A DNA stretch of 43,631 bases from a virus (Duplodnaviria; Caudoviricetes). Position numbers and translations under genes: made by a program. This document shows, one piece after another, positions 27,601 to 37,143 of this stretch. Each line of letters begins with the position of its first letter. Position 1 is the stretch's first letter. A model generated the notes under the pieces. It did no database searches and had not been told where the DNA came from. It saw only the letters and a list, made by a program, of their open reading frames with translations. The DNA is taken from positions 1-43,631 of IMG/VR virus record IMGVR_UViG_3300008267_000103; one strand, written 5' to 3'.

Positions 27601-29031
27601 TACAGCGGTATAAGTGGCTATAGTGGCTTGTCAGGTTACTCAGGTATAAGCGGTTTTTCTGGTGTGTCTGGTTATTCTGGTATAAGTGGTTACTCAGGTT
27701 TTAGTGGTATATCAGGATACAGCGGTCAAGACGGTCAAGGTTTAACCCCTGAAGCAAATAGATTATATGTTTCTAAAGACGGTAATGATAGTAATGACGG
27801 TCGAACTTTAGCTACACCTTTTCTCACCATTAAAAAAGCGGCGGCTTATGCTGCAGCTAATTTAGGTACAAAATACACTATAATCCTTATCAGTGGGGAT
27901 TATACTGAAGCAAACCCAATTTATCTTGCTCCTAATGTTTCGGTCATTGGAGATAATTTAAGAAGAGTTTCAGTACGCCCAACTAACAGACAATACGATG
28001 TGTTTTGGTGCACTAATAGTGTTTATGTTTGGGGTATTACTTTTAGAGATCATTTAGCGCCAGCCGCGGCTTGCGCATTTCCAAATCTTTCTAATGCTTC
28101 TTTAACTGCAATTGCATTTAATACTACCGGGTATGAAATTACACCTCCTGCTAGCAAGCCATTTATAACTACAAGCCCGTACATTCAAGGTAGTAGCTCT
28201 ATTACTTCAGGAGTAAGCGGTCTAAGCGCAGGCTGTGGTATTAGAGTAGACGGTAATTTAGCTACCGGCTATTTAAGAAGCTTTGTAACGGACTCATTTA
28301 CTCAATTTAACGAAGGTGGTATGGGTATCCATATCACTAATAATGGTTACGCGCAGCTAGTATCAACCTTTACTATTTGCTGCACTGAAGGGGTAAGAGC
28401 CGACAACGGCGGCACTTGCTCAATTAATACCTCTAACTGTTCTTTTGGTCTATCCGGTCTAGTTGCAGTAGGGTATTCTTCTACCCCGGTACTTACCGGT
28501 ATATTAGCGCTAGCAACTGATGGTACAGATACTATTGCAGTAAGCGCAATAACACCAAGATCTTTTCCTGCATATGATCTACCAATTGACAGGCCTTACG
28601 TAGGATTAGTATTTAAAATAGAAAATGATAATACTTTATACACTTTAGATTCTGTTACTTTAACAGATATTATAACGTACAAGTACAATATAATATCTAC
28701 TTCTAATATTACTAATATACTTTCAGCTGGTTCTAAAGTAAACTTTTATATAAGAAGTACAATTACTTCAAGCTCGCATACGATGGAATATGTAGGCTCT
28801 GGTGTAACACTTGCAACTGCAGTACCTTCTTTAGGCGGAGTTGGAAATCCTGATTTAGAAGCTGTACAAAGCGACGGAGGTGCCGTATACTATACAAGTA
28901 CTAATCAATTAGGTAACTTTAAAGTAGGTAGCGGATTTACAGTAGTGCAATCTACCGGAACTATTGAAGGCGAAACATTTAATAGATCTATATTATCATT
29001 AGTGACTCCCCTTACTCTTGCATTAGAGTAA
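24604..29031 (+). CDS. Large fibre/structural protein with three Gly-X-Ser repeat tracts, two inserted globular domains and a C-terminal pectin-lyase-like beta-helix region
   Basis: SGY/SGI/SGF tracts at about 24775-25023, 25582-26872 and 27142-27741; C-terminal LYVSKDGNDSNDG...PFLTIKKA...GDY.E...VIGDNLRRV. Confidence 0.8.
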   Translation: MADTQYPTIVYPHELPTVPQAQPGDLLFLEQKNPDGSYTTYSVAVSTVSAVGPKGDEGLSGYSGVSGFSGISGFSGQGVSGYSGYSGESTSGYSGISGYSGISGYSGYSGISGYSGISGFSGYSGYSGISGYSGISGYSGPSPTGVVYYYSTSAADVSGLPLPQGLPTPYNYGLLFDAQEVGSEIYLDTIINDTDGQALVFAAITPPSKPFKTLINIGNWSFDTFYSVSGLSAEYSTTNFVYKVFKRAVDSTETELFSATGAALTKTPFATYQRTNYYIQSPLVLNQSDRLVFKVFVQTTNTEDTDVTYYYLGDTNYSRVVTNITIGFDGQSGFSGMSGYSGISGYSGFSGSGTSGYSGFSGQGTSGYSGYSGNSTSGYSGYSGISGYSGPSGYSGYSGMSGYSGFSGASGFSGQGISGYSGFSGNSASGYSGYSGISGYSGISGYSGYSGFSGISGFSGYSGTGSSGYSGISGYSGISGYSGLSGHSGYSGISGYSGISGYSGISGHSGYSGISGFSGQGTSGFSGYSGFSGISGFSGFSGYSGVSGYSGYSGISGYSGISGFSGQGTSGYSGFSGYSGISGYTGFSGVSGYSGISGYSGISGFSGYSGVSGYSGYSGISGYSGYSGYSGYSGISGYSGNSGYSGLSGYSGFSGISGYSGFSGISGFSGQGTSGYSGYSGISGYSGFSGYSGYSGISGYSGYSGISGYSGYSGISGYSGISGFSGWSGYSGYSGYSGDSGISGYSGYSGYSGYSGITPQICTVFFPNTGEYYFQSVGETFYQTPITAGLAFNAGQTLSVYAAGDNIVQYMFVRSYDSVTGALSAIVTYSQSPGFKTYNNLEICLAGQVGISGYSGYSGISGYSGISGFSGQGISGYSGYSGYSGISGYSGYSGISGYSGYSGISGYSGISGYSGISGYSGYSGISGYSGISGYSGYSGISGYSGPSGYSGYSGYSGVSGYSGFSGYSGYSGISGYSGYSGISGYSGFSGISGYSGYSGYSGISGYSGLSGYSGISGFSGVSGYSGISGYSGFSGISGYSGQDGQGLTPEANRLYVSKDGNDSNDGRTLATPFLTIKKAAAYAAANLGTKYTIILISGDYTEANPIYLAPNVSVIGDNLRRVSVRPTNRQYDVFWCTNSVYVWGITFRDHLAPAAACAFPNLSNASLTAIAFNTTGYEITPPASKPFITTSPYIQGSSSITSGVSGLSAGCGIRVDGNLATGYLRSFVTDSFTQFNEGGMGIHITNNGYAQLVSTFTICCTEGVRADNGGTCSINTSNCSFGLSGLVAVGYSSTPVLTGILALATDGTDTIAVSAITPRSFPAYDLPIDRPYVGLVFKIENDNTLYTLDSVTLTDIITYKYNIISTSNITNILSAGSKVNFYIRSTITSSSHTMEYVGSGVTLATAVPSLGGVGNPDLEAVQSDGGAVYYTSTNQLGNFKVGSGFTVVQSTGTIEGETFNRSILSLVTPLTLALE

Positions 29032-29048
29032 AGTAAATATAATAGTAT

Positions 29049-29396
29049 ATGGCCTCGATACCATTAAACTATTTCAAAAGAGTAACTGCAGGCGCAACCA
29101 CCATTCCGACAGTAATTTATACAGCCCCTGCAAGCCGGGCAGGTATTATACTTTCTGCTGTTGCATCTAACATAACTAATAGTGTTCATACTATTACAGT
29201 AGGCATTTCAGCTGATAATGTATCCGGGTCCTATTATGACTTACTTAAAGGCTTTTCTGTACCTAATGGAGATGCGGTTAATGTAGCGGTTGGTAAACTA
29301 GTTTTAGGGACCGGGGATCAATTAATTATATCTGCCGCTAGTAACTCTGCAGTAAATTTCACTTTAAGCGTGTTAGAAGCTGTTAACACACAATAA
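29049..29396 (+). CDS. Small beta-rich virion/fibre-associated protein
   Basis: 115 aa between two fibre genes; TAAATA upstream; TAATG-coupled to the next gene. Confidence 0.7.
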   Translation: MASIPLNYFKRVTAGATTIPTVIYTAPASRAGIILSAVASNITNSVHTITVGISADNVSGSYYDLLKGFSVPNGDAVNVAVGKLVLGTGDQLIISAASNSAVNFTLSVLEAVNTQ

Positions 29397-32300
29397 TGGC
29401 CACGTACAATCAACCCCAACTTATAAGCGATAGGGTGCAGGTTATACCGCCTTTAAGTGCGGACTCGGCTCGCTATCAGTTTCTTAATTTAAAAAATGCT
29501 GAGCCTAATTTAGGAGTACCGTTAAGCGCGTCCGCTGGCGCAAATTATATTCCTATATCTAATGATTCTGGAGTAAGAAGTTTTACCACTAATAATTCTA
29601 TAGTACTTTCGGGGGATAAAGTAGGCTTTGGTAAATTACCAGTTTATGCAGTTGATGTTAATGGAGATGTTAATGTTACTGGAGAATTTCGCAAAAACGG
29701 AGAAATAGTCTCCGTCAGTGGCTATTCAGGTTACAGCGGTATATCTGGTTATTCCGGGTTTAGCGGTATATCGGGCTATTCAGGTTACAGCGGTGTATCA
29801 GGCTACTCAGGTTACAGCGGTATATCGGGCTACTCAGGCTATAGTGGTATATCGGGCTATTCAGGCTATAGTGGTATTAGTGGTTACTCAGGCTATAGTG
29901 GTATATCGGGCTATTCAGGCTATAGTGGTATTAGTGGTTACTCAGGCTATAGTGGTATTAGTGGTTACTCAGGCTATAGTGGTATATCGGGCTATTCAGG
30001 CTATAGTGGTATTAGTGGTTACTCAGGCTATAGTGGTATATCGGGCTACTCAGGCTATAGTGGTATTAGTGGTTACTCAGGTTATAGCGGTGCTGACGGT
30101 ATTTCTGGGTATTCTGGTATATCAGGCTACTCAGGTATATCAGGCTACTCAGGTATATCAGGCTACTCAGGCTATAGTGGTATTAGTGGTTACTCAGGTA
30201 TATCGGGGTATTCAGGTTATAGCGGTGCTGACGGTATTTCTGGGTATTCTGGTATATCAGGCTATAGCGGTATAAGTGGCTATAGCGGCATATCAGGCTA
30301 TTCTGGTTATTCGGGTATTTCTGGTTATTCGGGTATTTCTGGCTATTCTGGTTATAGCGGTATTATAGGAGAGTCTGGAACTTCTGGTTATTCTGGTATA
30401 TCAGGTTATAGTGGTATAAGTGGTTATTCAGGTTATAGTGGTATATCAGGCTATTCCGGGGAATCAGGTTATAGTGGTATATCAGGTTATAGCGGTATAT
30501 CAGGTTATTCTGGTTACAGCGGTACATCTGGTTATTCTGGTTATTCCGGTGTATCTGGTTATTCAGGTATTTCAGGCTATAGCGGCATAAGTGGTTACTC
30601 AGGTGTTTCTGGCTATAGTGGCTATAGCGGTATTAGTGGGTATAGTGGAGACGCTGGAACTTCAGGCTATAGTGGCGGTGTTGGGCAATCTGGTTATAGT
30701 GGTATTTCTGGTTATAGTGGTGCATCTGGTTTTAGCGGCTTTAGTGGTGCCCCAGCAGTTGGGGTAGTTTATTACCCGACTACTTCTGCAGCTGATATAG
30801 CTAATTTTAATTACTATGATGTAGTACCTCAATCAGGCGCTGAAACAACATCGACTACATTTATTGCTATTACTGACAATTATAAAACAGTAATTTCAAA
30901 TATTACTCTTACCGGAGAGCCCGGTACTACTAGTATACCTGTAGGTACTTGGGTCTTTGATACTTATTATAGTTTAGCGGGTTTAGGTTTAGGATTAGGT
31001 AAAGTAGTAAACCTTGCGTTTGAAATATTAAAATATAACGGCAGCACTTTAACAAGCTTATTTACGGCCTACAATGATGGGGCTATTACTACCAATGTTG
31101 CTTCAGGTTCACCTGCATCTTTATTAACAGAGTATGTAATTTCTACCCCAATTGCCTTAGATGCCACGGACCGTCTAGCGATTATAACTAAAGCTAGTAC
31201 AAACGATACTAATACTATACAGTTTAACTTCCATTATCTAGGCGCAGACCATTATAGCGCTGTACGAACCGGTATATACCGCGGAGCTGTAGGCACATCT
31301 GGTTTTAGCGGCTACAGCGGTATTAGTGGTTATAGTGGTATAAGTGGTTATTCTGGTCCTTCAGGTTATTCCGGTGGGTCTGGTTATAGTGGCTATAGTG
31401 GTATAAGTGGTTATTCTGGTACAAGTGGTTATTCCGGTATATCTGGTTATAGTGGACCTCAAGGTACAGTAGGCACTCAAGGCCCTACCGGTACGTCGGG
31501 TTATAGTGGTATATCAGGCTACTCTGGGCCACAAGGTGCTATTGGTACCTCAGGCTACTCAGGTATAAGTGGTTTTTCTGGTATATCTGGTTATAGCGGT
31601 TATTCAGGTATACCAGGCGACTCGGGCACATCAGGTTATTCTGGTATATCAGGCTACTCCGGTATAAGTGGTTTTTCTGGTATATCTGGTTATAGCGGTT
31701 ACTCCGGTATAAGTGGTTTTTCTGGTATATCTGGTTATAGCGGTTACTCTGGTATATCAGGCTATTCTGGTCCACAAGGTACAGCTGGCGCCCAAGGTAC
31801 TACTGGTACTCAAGGCATTACCGGAACATCTGGTTTTAGTGGTGTATCGGGGTATTCTGGTTTATCAGGGTATAGTGGTTACTCAGGTATAAGCGGCTTT
31901 AGCGGACCTCAAGGCACTACTGGTACTTCAGGCTTTAGCGGTATATCGGGTTATAGTGGTATAAGCGGCTTTAGCGGTCCTCAAGGCACTACTGGCACGC
32001 AAGGCACTACTGGTACTTCAGGCTATAGCGGTATAAGTGGTTATAGCGGTATATCTGGCTACTCTGGACCGCAAGGCACAACCGGTACTCAGGGTACTAC
32101 TGGCACTTCAGGCTTTAGTGGTATATCTGGCTATTCAGGCATATCAGGGTATAGTGGCCCACAAGGCACTACTGGTACATCAGGGTTTAGTGGTATAAGT
32201 GGTTATAGCGGTATATCTGGTTATTCGGGCCCGCAAGGTACTACTGGTACGCAAGGTACTACTGGTACATCTGGCTATAGCGGTATATCTGGTTATTCGG

Positions 32301-34759
32301 GCCCGCAAGGTACTACTGGTACGCAAGGTACTACTGGTACATCTGGCTATAGTGGTATATCAGGTTATTCGGGCCCGCAAGGTACTACTGGTACGCAAGG
32401 TACTACTGGTACATCAGGGTTTAGTGGTATATCGGGATACTCAGGTATATCAGGTTATTCGGGCCCGCAAGGCACAACCGGTACTCAGGGTACTACTGGC
32501 ACTTCAGGCTTTAGTGGTATATCTGGCTATTCAGGCATATCAGGGTATAGTGGCCCACAAGGCACTACTGGCGCACAAGGCGTAACCGGCACTCAGGGTA
32601 CTACTGGTACTTCAGGCTTTAGCGGTATATCTGGATATTCTGGACCGCAAGGTACTACTGGCGCACAAGGCGTAACCGGCACTCAGGGCACTACTGGTAC
32701 ATCAGGGTTTAGCGGTATATCAGGATATTCTGGCCCACAAGGTACTACTGGCACTCAAGGCACTACTGGCACTTCAGGCTTTAGCGGTATAAGTGGTTAT
32801 AGCGGTATATCTGGCTACTCTGGCCCACAAGGTACTACTGGCACGCAAGGCACTACTGGTACATCAGGGTTTAGCGGTATATCAGGATATTCTGGCCCAC
32901 AAGGTACTACTGGTACGCAAGGCACTACTGGCACTTCAGGCTTTAGCGGTATAAGTGGTTATAGCGGTATATCTGGCTACTCTGGCCCACAAGGTACTAC
33001 TGGCACTCAGGGTACTACTGGTACTTCAGGCTTTAGCGGTATATCAGGATATTCTGGCCCACAAGGTACTACTGGTACGCAAGGCACTACTGGTACGCAA
33101 GGTACTACTGGCACTTCAGGCTTTAGTGGTATAAGTGGTTATAGCGGTATATCTGGCTACTCTGGCCCACAAGGTACTACTGGCACTCAGGGTACTACTG
33201 GCACTCAGGGTACTACTGGTGCCCAAGGTATTACAGGCACGCAAGGCACTACTGGTACATCAGGGTTTAGCGGTATATCAGGATATTCTGGCCCACAAGG
33301 TACTACTGGCACTCAAGGCACTACTGGCACTTCAGGCTTTAGTGGTATATCTGGCTATTCCGGTGTTAAAGGTGCAACCGGCTCTCAAGGAGCAACTGGC
33401 GCACAAGGTACTACTGGCACTCAAGGCACTACTGGCACATCAGGCTTTAGTGGTATATCTGGTTATTCTGGCCCACAAGGTACTACTGGCGCTCAAGGCA
33501 CTACTGGCACTACTGGTGCCCAAGGTATTACCGGGACCCAAGGCACTACTGGCACTTCAGGCTTTAGCGGTATAAGTGGTTATAGCGGTATATCTGGCTA
33601 TTCCGGTGCAAAAGGTGCAACCGGCTCTCAAGGAGCAACTGGCGCGCAAGGCACTACTGGCACTACCGGTACCCAAGGCACTACTGGTGCCCAAGGCACA
33701 ACCGGCACTCAAGGTACTACTGGTACTTCAGGCTTTAGCGGCATAAGTGGTTACTCAGGTGTTTCTGGCTATTCCGGTGCAAAAGGTGCAACCGGCTCTC
33801 AAGGAGCAACTGGCGCGCAAGGCACTACTGGCACTACCGGTACCCAAGGCACAACTGGCGCACAAGGCACAACCGGCACTACCGGTACCCAAGGCACTAC
33901 TGGCGCACAAGGCACAACCGGCACTCAGGGTACTACTGGTACTTCAGGCTTCAGCGGTATAAGTGGTTATAGCGGTATATCTGGCTATTCTGGTGCCAAA
34001 GGTGCAACTGGCTCTCAAGGAGCAACTGGCGCGCAAGGCACTACCGGCACTACCGGTACCCAAGGCACAACTGGCGCACAAGGCGCAACCGGCACTCAGG
34101 GTACTACTGGTACATCGGGCTTTAGCGGTATATCTGGCTATTCTGGCGCCAAAGGCACAACTGGATCTCAAGGTGCGACCGGCACCCAAGGTAATACTGG
34201 CGCCCAAGGCACTACCGGTACCCAAGGTATAACTGGTACATCGGGCTTTAGCGGTATTTCAGGTTACTCTGGTGCATTTGCGGGCACTGGTACAACAAAT
34301 TATGTAGCTAAGTTTACTGGTGCAAGTTCATTAGGTAATAGTCAGATATTTGATAACGGTACAAACGTCGGTATTGGTACTCAAAGTGCCGCTTATAAAT
34401 TAGAAGTCAGTGGTTCATTTGCTGCAACTACTAAGTCTTTCGTAATTGATCACCCAACTAAGCCTGGTAAGAAATTAGTATACGGTGTTATAGAAGGCCC
34501 TGAGCATTCGGTCTTTATACGTGGTAAAACCACTACAAATGTAATACCTTTACCAGAGTATTGGTTTAATTTAGTAGACGAAGAAACAATTACCGTTCAA
34601 CTCACACCTATAGGCGCATTTCAAAAGCTTGTAGTCTTAGAAGCAAATAGTAGACAAGTCACTATTAAGAATGATAGTATGCTTGACTCTCTAATTGATT
34701 GCTACTTCTTCATACAAGCAGAACGTAAAGACATACCAAAATTAGTAACGGAGGTGTAA
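29396..34759 (+). CDS. Giant collagen-like (Gly-X-Y) fibre protein with a C-terminal phage fibre-end domain
   Basis: About 340 plus about 990 residues of Gly-X-Y; C-terminus KSFVIDHPTKPGKKLVYG.IEGPE..V..RG...LPEYW...ITVQLTPIG recognised from phage fibre ends. Confidence 0.82.
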   Translation: MATYNQPQLISDRVQVIPPLSADSARYQFLNLKNAEPNLGVPLSASAGANYIPISNDSGVRSFTTNNSIVLSGDKVGFGKLPVYAVDVNGDVNVTGEFRKNGEIVSVSGYSGYSGISGYSGFSGISGYSGYSGVSGYSGYSGISGYSGYSGISGYSGYSGISGYSGYSGISGYSGYSGISGYSGYSGISGYSGYSGISGYSGYSGISGYSGYSGISGYSGYSGISGYSGYSGADGISGYSGISGYSGISGYSGISGYSGYSGISGYSGISGYSGYSGADGISGYSGISGYSGISGYSGISGYSGYSGISGYSGISGYSGYSGIIGESGTSGYSGISGYSGISGYSGYSGISGYSGESGYSGISGYSGISGYSGYSGTSGYSGYSGVSGYSGISGYSGISGYSGVSGYSGYSGISGYSGDAGTSGYSGGVGQSGYSGISGYSGASGFSGFSGAPAVGVVYYPTTSAADIANFNYYDVVPQSGAETTSTTFIAITDNYKTVISNITLTGEPGTTSIPVGTWVFDTYYSLAGLGLGLGKVVNLAFEILKYNGSTLTSLFTAYNDGAITTNVASGSPASLLTEYVISTPIALDATDRLAIITKASTNDTNTIQFNFHYLGADHYSAVRTGIYRGAVGTSGFSGYSGISGYSGISGYSGPSGYSGGSGYSGYSGISGYSGTSGYSGISGYSGPQGTVGTQGPTGTSGYSGISGYSGPQGAIGTSGYSGISGFSGISGYSGYSGIPGDSGTSGYSGISGYSGISGFSGISGYSGYSGISGFSGISGYSGYSGISGYSGPQGTAGAQGTTGTQGITGTSGFSGVSGYSGLSGYSGYSGISGFSGPQGTTGTSGFSGISGYSGISGFSGPQGTTGTQGTTGTSGYSGISGYSGISGYSGPQGTTGTQGTTGTSGFSGISGYSGISGYSGPQGTTGTSGFSGISGYSGISGYSGPQGTTGTQGTTGTSGYSGISGYSGPQGTTGTQGTTGTSGYSGISGYSGPQGTTGTQGTTGTSGFSGISGYSGISGYSGPQGTTGTQGTTGTSGFSGISGYSGISGYSGPQGTTGAQGVTGTQGTTGTSGFSGISGYSGPQGTTGAQGVTGTQGTTGTSGFSGISGYSGPQGTTGTQGTTGTSGFSGISGYSGISGYSGPQGTTGTQGTTGTSGFSGISGYSGPQGTTGTQGTTGTSGFSGISGYSGISGYSGPQGTTGTQGTTGTSGFSGISGYSGPQGTTGTQGTTGTQGTTGTSGFSGISGYSGISGYSGPQGTTGTQGTTGTQGTTGAQGITGTQGTTGTSGFSGISGYSGPQGTTGTQGTTGTSGFSGISGYSGVKGATGSQGATGAQGTTGTQGTTGTSGFSGISGYSGPQGTTGAQGTTGTTGAQGITGTQGTTGTSGFSGISGYSGISGYSGAKGATGSQGATGAQGTTGTTGTQGTTGAQGTTGTQGTTGTSGFSGISGYSGVSGYSGAKGATGSQGATGAQGTTGTTGTQGTTGAQGTTGTTGTQGTTGAQGTTGTQGTTGTSGFSGISGYSGISGYSGAKGATGSQGATGAQGTTGTTGTQGTTGAQGATGTQGTTGTSGFSGISGYSGAKGTTGSQGATGTQGNTGAQGTTGTQGITGTSGFSGISGYSGAFAGTGTTNYVAKFTGASSLGNSQIFDNGTNVGIGTQSAAYKLEVSGSFAATTKSFVIDHPTKPGKKLVYGVIEGPEHSVFIRGKTTTNVIPLPEYWFNLVDEETITVQLTPIGAFQKLVVLEANSRQVTIKNDSMLDSLIDCYFFIQAERKDIPKLVTEV

Positions 34760-34760
34760 C

Positions 34761-35456
34761 ATGGCAACAAACTATTCTCCAAGAGTAGTAACCGATGGCT
34801 TAGTGATGTGTTTAGATGCTGGTAATCAAAAAAGCTATTCAGGATCTGGTACTGCTTGGAATGATTTAAGCTTTACAGGTAACAATGCAACTTTAGTTAA
34901 TGGACCGACTTACAGTGGTGCAAATGGCGGAGCAATTACTACTGATACTGTTGATGATTATATTTCAGTTAATAATAGCTCTTCTTTACAATTAACAACT
35001 GGCTTTACAGTTGGTATGTGGGTTAAGTTTAATAATGCTATAGGGGTATCTTACAAAAATCTTATAGGAAAACCTACATATACTAAGTACGGAATAATTA
35101 TTGAGTGGTATGGTAATAATCCGTTATTACCAGATTTTATTTCAACAGGAGGCGCAAGAAATACTGGACCCGGGCTACTTTATCCTTCATTAACTAATTG
35201 GAATTATGTAGTACACTCTTACGATAAAAACGGAGGCGCCAATAACCAACGATTTCATGTATGGCATTCAGGAACATATACCAGCGCATATGCTACGCCC
35301 GGTGCGCTTAATATAGAAACATCGACAGACCCTCTTTATATAGGAGGAGCCGGAGCTGGTTTAACAATAAGTTGCGTGTGGGTTTATAATCGTGGTATAA
35401 CTAATAATGAAGTACTACAAAATTACAACGCAACTAGATCTCGCTTTGGATTATAA
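34761..35456 (+). CDS. LamG/ConA-like lectin-domain protein, paralogue 1
   Basis: VTDGLVMCLDAGN..SY.GSGT.W.DL at the N-terminus; WNYVV; VYNR...EVLQNYNA. Confidence 0.75.
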   Translation: MATNYSPRVVTDGLVMCLDAGNQKSYSGSGTAWNDLSFTGNNATLVNGPTYSGANGGAITTDTVDDYISVNNSSSLQLTTGFTVGMWVKFNNAIGVSYKNLIGKPTYTKYGIIIEWYGNNPLLPDFISTGGARNTGPGLLYPSLTNWNYVVHSYDKNGGANNQRFHVWHSGTYTSAYATPGALNIETSTDPLYIGGAGAGLTISCVWVYNRGITNNEVLQNYNATRSRFGL

Positions 35457-35459
35457 TTT

Positions 35460-35729
35460 ATGTACAGCGCTCGTGAATTCATGATAATAAATTCTTCTCA
35501 AATCAGCGCTGTTGATTTTGAGCAAGTTTTAGAAACATCTCCAGAAACTTTAAGGTATTCTGTTGACAAATCACTAACCCTTTTTAAATGGGACAATAAT
35601 AAAACTAATGGTATCCCTTCAAGTATTGCTAATATACCTAGCGAGTATAAACAAGGGCCTTATAACTACGAAGAAATGATGATAGAGTTAAACTCTCCTG
35701 TCTGGACCCAGCCTACATCAGGTATATAA
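35460..35729 (+). CDS. Small hypothetical protein in the lectin array
   Basis: 89 aa ORF tightly packed between paralogues 1 and 2. Confidence 0.7.
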   Translation: MYSAREFMIINSSQISAVDFEQVLETSPETLRYSVDKSLTLFKWDNNKTNGIPSSIANIPSEYKQGPYNYEEMMIELNSPVWTQPTSGI

Positions 35730-35737
35730 GTAATAAT

Positions 35738-36439
35738 ATGGGGTATAATAACGGACCAAAAATAGTAACAGATCGTTTAGGGCTGTATATTGACTCGGGT
35801 AATATTAAAAGCTATTCGGGAACTGGTACAGTATGGAATGATATGACTAATAACGGGTTAAATTTTTCTGGGTCTGCTTCTTATATAACCCCGTTAAGCG
35901 GAGCATCTGCTGGCTATACCTGGTCGACCGGGACGACAAATTTATTAGACACCGATCAACATTCAATATTTTTTAGAATACGGTTTAATTCTACTGCTGG
36001 TAATTCAACTGGTACTACTGGAAGCTGGGAAAAAATATTTACTTATGCTCCGGCTACAACTGATAGAAGCCCGGGGGTATGGAGATGGCCAAGTAATAGA
36101 TGGATACACTGGAGATACGATCCAGGCAATACCGGTTGCGATTTTGGGTATAATAGTATTACTTTAGATTCTAATAGTGAGTTTCCGTTAAACACGTGGT
36201 TTTATATAGGGGTAACTAAAAATGCAAATGAAACAATAAATTATGTTAACGGGAAACGAATAGGGGCACAGTACCCGACTAGCAATAAAACATCTGGTTC
36301 GTCGCCAATTTATATATTTGAATATTACACTAATCCGTTATGTAATGTTGATAATATGTTTATATACAATAAAGTTTTAACTGATTCAGAAGTATTACAA
36401 AACTACAACGCATTAAAAGGAAGGCTTGGTTTACCGTGA
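35738..36439 (+). CDS. LamG/ConA-like lectin-domain protein, paralogue 2
   Basis: Shared N- and C-terminal motifs; NTWFYIGVT...YVNG. Confidence 0.75.
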   Translation: MGYNNGPKIVTDRLGLYIDSGNIKSYSGTGTVWNDMTNNGLNFSGSASYITPLSGASAGYTWSTGTTNLLDTDQHSIFFRIRFNSTAGNSTGTTGSWEKIFTYAPATTDRSPGVWRWPSNRWIHWRYDPGNTGCDFGYNSITLDSNSEFPLNTWFYIGVTKNANETINYVNGKRIGAQYPTSNKTSGSSPIYIFEYYTNPLCNVDNMFIYNKVLTDSEVLQNYNALKGRLGLP

Positions 36440-37143
36440 GTATATTTGGAGGGCCTAAAGTTGTTACTGACAATTTAATACTTTGCTTGGATGCAGGTAA
36501 TAAAAAAAGCTATCCTGGTTCTGGTACTGTATGGTACGATTTAACTCCAAACAATAATAATTTTAATATAATTGCTACCGCATATAATGCAGCAGGTTAT
36601 ATGGACTTTAACGGGGCATACGGTTGTGCTAAAAATAGTACAGATATATCTTTATCCGATGCTACTGGTGTAACGTATCATATTGTTACTCGAGTTAAAA
36701 ATTCGACTGCTGAATGGAGAACTCTTACTCGCTCCTACGATGCCGATCACCAAGTCATTATAGAAAGCGGCGGTTGGAATATAGGTATGTATGATAATAA
36801 TGGTGCCGGGTTCTTAGGTACAGGTTTTTCCCAGCAAAATTTACCAGGCAACGGCACTACCACCTGGATACAAATATACTGGAGGTGGCAGTCCTCTTCT
36901 CCGTATTATCAATTTAGTTACAATGACTCTCCTACAGTAACTAGAGGTACCATTGCTGACGCTAATTCTAGATACAATAGAGGTTTTGGATCTTTAGGGG
37001 CTTATCATAATGGTAGTACTGACCCTGCTAATTCGTCTCAGTACTGGGGAGATATAGCATACTTTGCGGCTTATAATAGGTTTTTAAATAATTCAGAACT
37101 ACTTCAAAATTATAATGCATTAAAAGGAAGGTTTAAACTATGA
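36436..37143 (+). CDS. LamG/ConA-like lectin-domain protein, paralogue 3
   Basis: GTG start overlapping the previous stop; shared terminal motifs. Confidence 0.75.
   Translation: MSIFGGPKVVTDNLILCLDAGNKKSYPGSGTVWYDLTPNNNNFNIIATAYNAAGYMDFNGAYGCAKNSTDISLSDATGVTYHIVTRVKNSTAEWRTLTRSYDADHQVIIESGGWNIGMYDNNGAGFLGTGFSQQNLPGNGTTTWIQIYWRWQSSSPYYQFSYNDSPTVTRGTIADANSRYNRGFGSLGAYHNGSTDPANSSQYWGDIAYFAAYNRFLNNSELLQNYNALKGRFKL

Noticed and set aside
29719-34273. Possible CRISPR array or satellite DNA
   Set aside because: Repeats are in-frame multiples of 3 with synonymous variation, have no unique spacers, and no cas genes are present.
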